Shown: positions 1-12,100 of the stretch, one piece after another
Position numbering within the stretch: the stretch's first letter is position 1
Layout: the number at the start of each line of letters is the position of its first letter
DNA from: Tubulanus polymorphus
Lineage: Eukaryota; Animalia; Nemertea
Length of the DNA: 64,000 nucleotides
NCBI RefSeq assembly: GCF_964204645.1
Contig: NC_134027.1
Span: 10,138,485-10,202,484, forward strand
Direction: 5' to 3'
The notes under the pieces: generated by a model
The model's database searches: none
What the model was told of the DNA's origin: nothing
The model's input: only the letters and a program-made list of their open reading frames with translations
Position numbers and translations under genes: made by a program

Positions 1-130
1 CATTACATTATGACTATCCGATCATTAATCACTAATTTACACAACTAGATTGTTACAACTGAAAGTTCGGTTACTCCTGTCAGGAATATTTGCGGTAAAA
101 ACAGAAATTTCAGCTGGTAAGCATTGTTAC

Positions 131-3100
131 CTGAGGCGAATCCGATGAGCACGATGCCATAAATGATGACAAACCGTAGCAAATCACCGACAAACATTTT
201 ATAAATCATTGTGACAAAAGGACCAGTTAACTTGACACCTCTGTAAGAATAATACAACATCGAAATCATGCAACAACATTATGATGAAAATTTGTGTCTT
301 AATTTGTCTGGAAACGACAAGTCGGTTCTCGAGATGTTCTGTGAATGTGTGTGTCGGGGAGTGTGTGTGCAGTCTACGAGCAATCCTCATGATTGCTTGT
401 AGGTGCTGTGTAAGAATGATTGCTTCTCTGTCCTGAATCATTGTCAATTGCCTAAAATTTTGTTGCTGATTGTGTGGAATTTGTAATAAAAGTGATTGCA
501 TGAATAATTCTAGTGAATTTCATCACAGGCATTGAATTTTTTTAGCCATCAATGCTGGAAATGCTTGAATTTGCAGGTCAAATCCTGCCAACCTGGGAAA
601 TCTTGATCTTAAAAGGTATTAAGTGCGGTCATATCATCTATAAATCATTCATGCAAAATTAACATGTGCTAAAAGGATCTGTGGTGATATCGGAGAAAAT
701 CTGCTCTGAAAATCTTGGTTGATCTTCTCTCTACTCCTGTCAATCATCGAAGATTATGTGTGTACTTGTACCTTTTGATTTCTAAATTACTTTTCTTGTT
801 TCATGCACCTAACTTTCAATGAGATAAGATATTCAAAATAGGGATTTAAAATTCCCGAGCAACAAGTGCCAATCATTTTTCAGACTAGGGTTTTTCAGGA
901 CAATGAATCTACTTATCAGTATTTGTGATGAAATAACGAAATGCTTGACAGAACATGATGTTCCCTGCGGATCAAAGTTAGCTCACTTCTTCCATGAATT
1001 TTCCACTGACAAGTTGGGTGCATCAAGAATTTACAACACTGTATTACAAACTGTATCTATGAGAAAGATTTTCTACGTCAAAGATTTTTACCGAATGCAA
1101 AGTCCAAGTATATCACGCACAAAATGATCGCGAACTTAGTCAAATCTCGAAAGAGCATGACTTGGAATACTTGTATGAACGGCCCCAAGGCCTCCAGCCC
1201 GCTATGATTACAAGAAATAGAATAGAACAGACCTGATCAATATTCAGACTTAATATCATTAAGATCGCTAAAAATTAAATTTGAAACAAATCGAAAATGA
1301 GCGAGGAACACATTTACCGCACAAATATGGGGAAAAAATATTTCCTGCAAATGGATGATGACAAAGTACAAGGTGTAAATGAATATTGTAGGGTAAAAAA
1401 AATCTCATGACAAAATTATTCATCAGTTTGAACAATTATACTGAATCACTTGGTAAGGACAGTTTCTGATACGATTTATACTTCATGTTTATTGTTTCTT
1501 ACTTTGTTTAATGATTATACGGCAAGTATAAGTATTGTTTTATATTTATGTCTGTAAAGAAAAAATAGCAGAACCAGTCAAATTTGGGCGATTAAACGAT
1601 TAATGTAATTACCCAGTAACAAACTCAACCTATGAAATAATGTTTCAGTTGTTCCAACAATTTTCATTTTTGGCAAGGAGGGCGGTTTTGAGAATTGAAA
1701 TCAGTTCGACTTCGAATTGGATTCGACTCCTATTCGATTCCTATTGGTTTCGAAACTATGTAAACCTATGGAAATATCTGAACTGAAAAAATCTGAGCTC
1801 AGTGTAAAAATTCAAAAATCAATAAAGACTTGAATTCTTGATAATACTGACATATATGGTGGGGTAGTAGTTGAAAGAGTTACCGGTATATACTCCAGCC
1901 TGAGTTTCATCATTATTGTGGGATAAGATTAAGTTAGAGCTTAAAATAAGTACATTTTTTGCTACCAGCTTACCTGGCAAAGAACAATAGGAATGCCCAC
2001 GAGCCCGGCACGGCAATTATGATCAGAGTTTCCTCCACGAGTTGTCGTTGCGTAAAACGAAATGGAATGCATAACAACAGCAGTATACACGCAATAACAA
2101 ACACTGCCTTAGCTGGTGCATGTCTCTGAAATAGATATTTTCAATGACATCAAAAACAAGAATGTTGCAAGCAAACAGTTAAGTGCAAGATATTGAAGAG
2201 AGTAACATATTGCCTTCTCAGGCACGGATCCAGAGGGGGGGTTTCAGGGTCATGGCCCCCTGCTCAGCTACCAAAAAGATTTATAAATCTTTTTCTTGAA
2301 GAAATTTTCTCAAAGAGGGTGAACAGTACTACATAATTGTTAACATATCGTCTTATGTTTGGCCAAACAATATGCCATATAGGCCCCTATCAGAGATTCT
2401 AGTAGGCGGTTTAAAATTAACATTCTTTATGAACCCCCTCCTGGAAAAAATCCTGGATCCACGCCTGCTTCTTCATAGATTACACTTCCCTGTTCATAGT
2501 AAGAAAACAAAGTTTACTTAATATTGTAAGAATTAATCCCAATCCTCACACCAGGTTTCAGGGAAATCCATAAAGAATTGCAGGTTGTATCAAGATCTCA
2601 AAAAGAAAGGGAACGGTGCACAATCACTAAAATAAGATGTTTCATAATTAATGTGACATAATTAATATAGTTCTATTACAGGTTTTCTTACCAAATTCTG
2701 AAGGTAACCTCGAAATCCCTGAGCCCGAAGTTCGTCCAAATGTAAACAAACAGTAGCAAAGCAGTCGATCATCACAATCACTTCGAAACAATAACGAATC
2801 TACGAAATGAATTAAAACCAACAGATCATCATTATGTATGGGTTGGTATTTGGAGAGGTATGCAAGAGTTCAGATCAAGAGCATAAACCACTAGATACCC
2901 TAACTTTTTCATTTAGGCAAAAGAATCTATGCCTTATTTCTCATTTCTGCTGGAGTTTAAAAGTGAACCCTGTGCATTACTCCTTTTAAAATCAAGATCA
3001 AGCTAACCATAAGACCTGGCAGCTATAGAAATGAACTATTACAGATTTTATTAAGTTTACAAAATGACCCACCCAGCTGATTAGGAGAAACAAGGTGTCC

Positions 3101-6100
3101 TTTTCTCTTAGCCTTATCTATCTTTGACACGGATTAGAAGGTTTTATTCAACTAATAAGATCCCCTAGTTATCAAAACTTACTAATCAGGGAATTGGAAT
3201 TTATACCGCCTTTGCGGAAAGCCGCTATATATGATTAGAAATACTTTTGCTCACAATACTTACAATACTGTGCGTATCTGTGCCCAGAAGCACCGACCCA
3301 TTTGGTCTGAGGTATACAGCAATGCTTAAACACAGCAGGTGAATACAAGCCATAGCCAGATGTTCAAAAAATCGCCTCTGAAAAATATTATGCGAAATTG
3401 ATAATTACAGTCAAACCCGCTTAATCCGGATCGGCTTAATCCAGGGATTTTGTTCTAATTCGGACAATATTTGCAGTCATTTCCCATAAATCCTGGAGCT
3501 GGATGAATTTCTTAGGTCCAAAATGATTTGAATTAACAGATTTTACTGTAGTAAGCGACAAATAGCACTTTGAAGGTTCTGTAGATTCATTGGAAGTATG
3601 TGCTTGTGTTACTGTATAATTTACTAATCTTTATCGTATAAAGTAATGAAAATATTTCTAGAATTCACAAATTACTTTACACGAGGATTAAAGGGAGATC
3701 TAGTCCCAAATTGCAACTTCATCAGAGTAGAAAGGGCAGTTTCCAGATTTTATTTTCATTATACAGGGGTTAGCGCGAACGCAGTCCCCCACTACCAGAA
3801 ATTGTACACCCGAGTCTCCCACATTTGGGGAGATCGCAAGGGTCAACCTGCCTCAGTGCAATGGCAAGGCCTCGCCCTGGGGGAACCGCCTTTCAGATCA
3901 CGGTTTACCCCTGTGCCAGGTAAGTATGCTTATTCCATGTAGGTCGTCTGAATATATACTACCGGCAATTAAAGCTCTTTCTTGGTGTTCGTTGTATATA
4001 AATATGATCTATCAACTGGATTATTCTGCATGATATATTGAAGAGAAAGTCAATTCCAAAAATGAAAATCTACTCTGTTTCCGAAATTCTAATTTGGGAA
4101 GATTTCTAAAAATTTTGTGTGCAACTCTAGAAAATAGACATTTATATCAAGAAATATAGAAGAAATACGGATTGCGCCGTGATTCATTTGCATAATTGCG
4201 ACCTCATGCGGTTAGCATGTGAACTTGCACAACAATGCGCAGAATACCATTCATTTAATGCCGATTAGACAGGCTACACTCTAAGGCACAATATGATTAA
4301 GTATAGCGCATTGCTCTCGCTTGTAGATTAGGTAAACGCTACGAGCAATTATCTAGTATACAGGGGCGGATCCAGGGGCATGTTGTGACCATGTCGACCA
4401 ATAAAAAGGGCAATATTCTTAATTTAGGGCGGAAAAGCATATCAGCAAAATTTTTGAAATTTTACTATCATTTTAGAGCTTTCTGAGCATCTCTGAGAGG
4501 CATTTTAGTCAAGAAACGTAGGTTATATATTTGGGAAAATATCTATTGTGTATCTCAGGTAGTTACAACGGCAAATTTTGATACAGAGAAAAAATAAAAA
4601 GGCACTTTTGTCGGGCGACACGGTCGACAAGGTCTAAATCCGCCCCTGGGTATATGCGCGTAGTTTAGGTAAGGTATACGCACGATACATGAAATCATTA
4701 TGCTTGCATGTCAACGCTGAATTCCGCTATTCCCGCCAAAACAACTTCAGGCGGGTCAGGATAAGCCTAAGAGTAAACCTTCTTCCAATAAGATTGTTCA
4801 ATCACCTTTGGCTCTCCATCAAATACACTTAAATTATCTATCAGTTTATCAATGATCGATAAGATTTAAATGAAAACATGCCGTACTTACCCTGGCAAAC
4901 GTTTTCCATTTATCATCGATAAGTTGTCTGATCACGCCTCCCTCTAACATCTCCAGATGTTCGTCAGTTTCGCCATCGATGATTATCATCAAAGCAGATT
5001 GCCAATCTTCAATGCGAAAAAATCCAATTTCTGATTTTCATAACTCGCACCCGTAGCGTAGAGAGTGCGATTGAACTACCCCCACCCCCCCCCCCAAAAA
5101 AAAATTAACTTTCACTCATATCTTGAAATGCTTGACTTACAACTATAACAACATAAAAATACATGTATTCAAAATTTAACCTTCATCATCATACCAAGGG
5201 AAATCTCACAGAGGTTGTATCTGAGCATCAAATTTTTCAAGATTTTCTTTGGGATCGGCCGCCGCATTCAGTTCCAACCAAGTTAAAAACGAACCCGTCC
5301 CCCATACTCCTCAAGCTACAGTCCCAACTATCATGATAAGATGCTACACCAAGGGCTTTCTTGCATTCATATGTACATGTACGTTATTCTTGGATAACAT
5401 ATTTAGAATCTTTGAACACTGCTGCTTAGAAATTCTTGATTAAATCGTTAATTATTGAAGCCGTTTACTCACTCGTTTCACCGTTTGGTCTGATAGTGTC
5501 TAGAGCAGTCAGCGGGTACATGGAACACGTTATATTACTGTAACGCCAAACTTCCTATAATGGTTACAACATAATCGCATCTCATAATCAATACTCAGGC
5601 TCCAAAAACAGTATTATTCAATATTGCTTAATACATGTAATCTAACGAATCAAACGCCAGCGTTAAGAGGTGATGTATCTCAAGGGTGCCACTATATGGT
5701 TTCTCAAAGCCATTTTCTGGCATTTATTCTGGCCAATCGAGCGTTGGCTATTTGTGATTTTACAGGGAACATATGTAAGGGAATACTAAATAAAACAGGT
5801 AATGAAGGGCTGTTATTCTTTTTTTCTTCATTTGTAGTAAAAATGAGACAATTTTTCTCTTTTTCAGAATTCAAAGCGTTCATTGTTTCAAGCAACAATA
5901 CGTACGATGCTGCCTAATTCTACAATTTCTTGGAAGATCTGGTGACGGCCCAGTTTACAGGACAGAGTTAAAGGGGTTAGACCCTCAGCATTTGTTATAT
6001 AAGTATTCGCTGGTTTGGACGGATGTCGCACTGCATAGCTGTACATATTCTGAAAATGAAAAAAAAAATTGAAGACCTGCGTGGGGTACTCAAAACAATA

Positions 6101-9100
6101 TGAAAGGCTCAGTTGTGAACTAGGAATATTGTCCGCAAATTTGATAATCCCAATTGACAAAGCAACTCTCAGATCATCACTTACCAAAACAACATTTTTT
6201 GTCGGTACAAGACAAACTGAGATTGAAAGACCATAAAATGATGACAATAAAAGAAAACAAATGCAGTTCGAATAATCATATGCATAATTTATTGATTTAA
6301 AAGTAATATTGAAGAGGGTTTGGAACTAAATTTAGGACCAGGGGCCAGTTGCATAGTTGCAGCTTTGACTTAAGACCAGTTTAAGACCAACTTGGTTCTA
6401 TAGCCAATCTAACAACTTACGACCAGTCTTAAGATTTGAGACCACTTTTGGACTTAAGTCACGACTGTGCAACTGGGCCCAGGTGATAAAGTTTTTGAAC
6501 ATCATTAGCAAAAGATGAATTTTTCTGTCCTGGTGAGAATGGTACGAGGAAATAAGCATCACTAATTCATTGACTGCAATCCATATAAATCCTTATATTT
6601 AGATTGAAGGTGTCATTGAAACAAAAGCAATCAATTTCATAAAATCGACCGAACCGTACGAATACAGAGAGTCGATCGGGGGAGACCGTATTTGTTTCCT
6701 GGTTACCATAGTAAGTGCAGTATTATGCATCAATAACCAGGAGGTCTTACAGTCATATTCTAGGATCATCAATGACTACTACATTTATTAATGATTGTAA
6801 AAGTGCTATTGAGCGACTAAAAGTTGCTAATGCATGCACTAATACGAAAATCCCGTAGAAACATGCCCCCTCCAATTGCTTCCATAAATTGCCAAGGGCA
6901 AACGATAGGCGCAATTTTCCTTAATAGCTAATGATTGCTGAATGAATTGCTATCACCCTGCGTGAAATGTTTTCATTTCATTATTTGAACTGTCTTTGTC
7001 GTGTTTATAATCAGCTTAAAACGATGATTAAATATCATTTAAACGTTGTTGTTTTTTGATTCAATCCATTGTTTCATTGACGTCTAATGGAAAAATCTTA
7101 TAAGACACAGGATGACCAAATTAACTTATCAAATCAACCCGATTAATCGAAAATGATTGCTTTGCAAAAACTGGGTTTATGATTCCATCTAATATTACCA
7201 TACAATAATTGAAGAAATCCCACAATTAAAATTTGATATGATAAAATTTATCATTTTGAAACCACAACGTTTCGGCTGTTGACTAACAGGCATCATCTGG
7301 TGGATTCAGGTGGTCATTCCACCTGATGATGGCTGTTAGTCAACAGCCAAAACGTTGTGGTTTCAAAATAAGAAATTTTATTATATCAAATTTGATTTGT
7401 GGGATTTCTTACATTATCTACAGTGTACACAGATAAGAGTGTTATTCGACTACTATTATCATACAAGCCACCATTGAAGTATTGCATGCTAGTCAACCTG
7501 GCAGATCTTTGCTTGTCCTAGAAGCATTGAAGGTTCCCCCATTGCCCAGCTATAGCCGTGATCATACGGAAATGATTTGGCCCGAGCCCGAGTAAATTTG
7601 GCCGACAATCAGTTCGACATTTATGGGCGGACCAAATTCAGCATGAGCCAAACAGGTGCGGGCCCATTTGGCACCCGTGTGAATGGTTGTTACAGGCCTA
7701 ATTCATCACGGGTCAAATTTGGCCCGGACCAAAAACGCGTGCATGATCGCGGCTTATGACTTCATCAGATCAGAAGATCAGAAGGATTGTAACCCTCTAT
7801 GAGCTGGAACCCCCTGGGTAATCACGAATGAATTGAATCTGAATAATTTACTTCGAGCTATGCTCAGCACTGGCTATATAAATGATCCTGGAATCCCATC
7901 GGAGAGTTCTTCGAGTTCAGGACAAACAACCGGTTAAAAAAAAAAGCCAACACAAAGAACGCATTTACAGGGATACATACTCACTAAGTGGGTTTAAAAA
8001 GTATGCTAATATCAAGATTCCTAAATGGATATCTTAAATCAATGTTTTTCTCACTGCCATCAGCACCAATACCATAACTAATAGATAATTTGATGATGTC
8101 ATATTATGGGGTTTTACGTTTTATGAGGCAGACACCTTTTTACGCACGGTTTATTCCTGAACTTACCAGTTTATTATTGATGACGACCATGTGAAGTAAC
8201 GTGTTACCGAACGAGTCCTGGACGTTCGGGTTCGCGCCGTTCAAAATGAGATAATCGTAAATGTCCTCGTGACCGAAACAAGCAGCAAACGATAACGGAT
8301 ATTCCCCATAATATGCATAGCCTGAAATATGTTTAAACTGATCACTAAATCATCGTTCCAAGCCTTACGCCGCATCATGCTATGGGGCCCATTGCCGAGT
8401 GCAGGTTAAGATTTCTTCCGAGCCTGCTTAAGCTGATCTTCGTTCAGACCACGGCCTTAAGATTTCAATGTATCTTTCGCCTACCAGTAAGTCATAAAAG
8501 AACAATGTGGACGACCTAGACTATGATGGGAGATTTCTGATTGGGGGTCATTCATTTATTACGTACGCATTAGGGGAGGTGGAGGGGTCAGTGCAATTGC
8601 GTACTGTAATGCTTAATGTATACGAAAAAATGGCCGATTTTGCGTACAGAGGGGGAGGTTGAAAAATTCAAATTTTCTGCGTACGTAATTAATGAATGAT
8701 CCCTTGAGTTAGAAGTTCTGAAATGCAATGTGGAATCTAGAACTTTGGTACGAATGTTTAATCTCTTTTGTTCATCTATTTGATATGTCATTTTTTCATT
8801 TCAGCTTGATATCAATGCCACAAGTACACAATCATTCTGAATATTCTTTAGACCTTGAACCACTAGTTGGAGTATCATATTCAACCTAACTGTTTGAATG
8901 TCTTCACCATTTATCAATCGAAGATAATTACCAATATAATTAGTCTGCTTATTGTTGCGATTACTGCCTTTTTGGTCTTCGGGAAGGAAGAAGTTACCAG
9001 TAGCTTTCTGGTTGACATCAGCACCATATGATACAAGTATTTTGACCATGTCAAAATCACCATTTACAATAGCTAAATGAAGCCCGCTTTCTCCTGAAAC

Positions 9101-12100
9101 AAAGCAGACAATCATTAGTTTCATCATTTCCACGAATAAATATTTAGTAAACCCTAACTAATGAATGGATAGACGTTTAAATCAGTAAGATCACAATATT
9201 CGTGATGAAACAATAAATCTAAAATCTCACAATTGTTGGAAGACTAAAAAGTTTATTGATAGAATAACAAATATTTTGGGTGGTTTTTACCACATTTCGT
9301 CAGTCTAAAAAAACGGAAAAAAGACCGACGAAGGGTGGTACCACTTCTATTTCTAGTAGTTTATATCTTAAATAAACTTTTTCGTCTTTCAACAAACGAG
9401 GGATTTTACATTTACAATAAATGTTTGTGAGTGCAACGACATAAACCTCAATTTCCTCCCTATCAGATACAATAGATTCTTCGGCTATAATCTATTTTAT
9501 CATTAATCAGTTTCATAAAATAAATTTTGAAAAAACATTGACGTAAGGAGTTGCCGACTGTGACAATTACTTAAGGCTGGCTTATGTCGACAAGCAACGC
9601 GACGCCTACCGACTCCTACCGACGCAACTGAGAGCAACCGCGATCGCAGCCCAGCTTATGTCGACTGCGCTACGATTCGCAGCAACTGAGGCCGACTAGC
9701 GGGATATGAGATCCTCCCAGTTGCTTCCCTGCTTATGTCAGTTGCGATTACTGGCAACTGCAACGGCTCAAATGGTCACGTGATAAGCATTTTGAGAATA
9801 AATTTGAATTATTAGGAAATATATTTCTATTAGAAAAGCTATTTCTTTAAGACTTTGATCTTTCTGATTCTGTTTTGAATACAACGTGCTAGCAACATCT
9901 ATAAAGATGGCCGCTCACACCATAATTCTACCAATTTCGTTTCCAGATCTTCGGTCCAGTCCTCTGCCGTGCTGAAGGTTTGGTTTACGTTTTGAACTAC
10001 TTGAATTTGAAAGTTTATGACTAATTACGAATGACGCTAACTAGCGGTGATAATTTGTACTATGTATATGCGGTCTCTCATTGGCTGGAACCCCTGCGCT
10101 CAGTTCCGTCGCGTCGCAGATGAGCTTATGTCGGCTGCGATCGTAAGCAACTGCCCGCCTACCGTAGGCCGGAGTAGAACATGGGCAACTAGCCGGATAC
10201 GGCTTGCGACGAGTCGGTAGGCGTTGCCGTCGCAAGCCGGCTTATGTCGAACCGATAGAGCAGCAACTGGCGGCCTCTCGTAGGCCGCTAGTTGCCGCTA
10301 ATCGGCGATAAACCCAGTTGCGTCGGTAGGCGTCGCGTTGCTTGTCGACATAAGCCAGCCTTTAGACATCATTCAGTGACGGGGCAATAGGAAGAATCCA
10401 TCAGAAACGCAGGTTATGAATTTATCAGTGGCCACGCAATGGCAATATACAGCCTAGCGAAAGGATGGAAGACTACATTTATCCCGACGAAAAGGACTTT
10501 GTAGGAAACGGAATGCACTTGATATCACCTGCTGATGCCGTAGTTGAATCTATTAGTTTCCAATGCGATAGATGTGTAAACGAGGAAATGAGATAAATTT
10601 CCAATAGAAATGATTATTCTTCGCAGCACAACTATACAGATCTTATGCATACACGTATCTACAAGGTTCTGGTCTCTCTCGATACGAACACCAGGTCCGT
10701 GGCTTGAGGAACATGCGAGTGGGTTGGTTCGTTTTTCATTTGATTCGTACTGAATGAACGGGAATCTCTAAGAGATTTCCATTGCAATAACAGAGGTCCA
10801 AATAAAATGAACAATTATTGTTATAGTTGTGTAATAAGTGTAAAGTTTTATGCTTAATATTTTCTGTGCAATAAGAAACGGAACTGAATTTTTTGGCGGA
10901 GGCCAGTAACAAACCCTGCCCTCCATGCTACGGGCCTGAATATAGTTAACCATCCATACACTGTGAGCGGCTTTATCACTTGGGTTTGAGGATCAGCATT
11001 ACCTCGGCACAAATAAACATCAAGATTAGTACCTACGGCTCTAAGTTCAAATTAGGCCTATCCATTGTGCAGTTTTTGGTAGATTTCTGAGATACTTGTA
11101 ACACTCTTTTATCAATAGATCCCTACGAAGGGCTCCTCCTCTCTCAAGTCAGATCTAATTAACTTTAACAAGCATCTAACTCGAATATTTCCTGAAACAT
11201 TTTTTGAAAGGGAATCTAACTTCAGGTTTTCACTTGAGTGCAGTCCACTGTATAATGCAGTTATTGTACTGAATTTTAAGACCACATAAAGGTAGAAAGG
11301 TATAGGAAAGGTAGACCCAAGCTCGTATGATATCCCAGATAACAATTTCATCCTCCGAATTAACTTCTGAGATTGACACAGCTGCTTGGAATCAGGGCAA
11401 GACAACACTTGGTATTGGAAATAATGAATAATGAATACACACTTGCCAATGCCGATATGAACCTATTGGAAAAAGAAAATAGCTTTAAAAAAGTCTTCTT
11501 AAATGAACAAAATATAATCAAAAGTGTCCGAGATACTTATACAGAGAATTGCAACCAATTTCAAATACGATCGGAATGAGGCGCTGGAAAAATGAAAATC
11601 AATGACGAAGCGTTTCATCCGCGAAAGATTGATGTAAAAAAATTGATGTCTTTCGCGGCGCATTAACGTCTGCGATTACAACATAGACGGGACCGATAGC
11701 AAACTGATCTCTCGGTGGCCGGTTCTCATGGGAACCATCGTTCGAATCAATACAAATAAAAACACCTGATCAACGTTGCGTACTATTCTTCAGGGGCAGA
11801 CGCCAATTCATTCAGTCGATCTAACACAGTTCCAGTAAAGGCTATATTATTCAACGTGTACTCGACGTGGTTTGACTTCTTCCATTTTGACACGCATGTA
11901 CACGTTGTTAGCCACATACCTACACTTAAGAACGAACGAACCAACCTAAGTGCGAATGCGGATAATAGGCCAAGGAAATAGTGATTAAAAAGATGCAAAA
12001 GAAATAAATGTATACATAGCTAACGTCGTTTGTGACCACAAAATAGACTGATTAACCAGTTTGACGGGTAATTCACGAGGAAGAATGAATCAATCAAAAT

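Noticed and set aside
3916-3927. Perfect CAG|GTAAGT donor on the plus strand, and ORF 3646-3942
   Set aside because: This is the reverse complement of the U1 5' end; no plus-strand gene is supported.
10362-10620. Coding-looking stretch next to the TIR element
   Set aside because: Stops in the frames examined and no family I can name with confidence.
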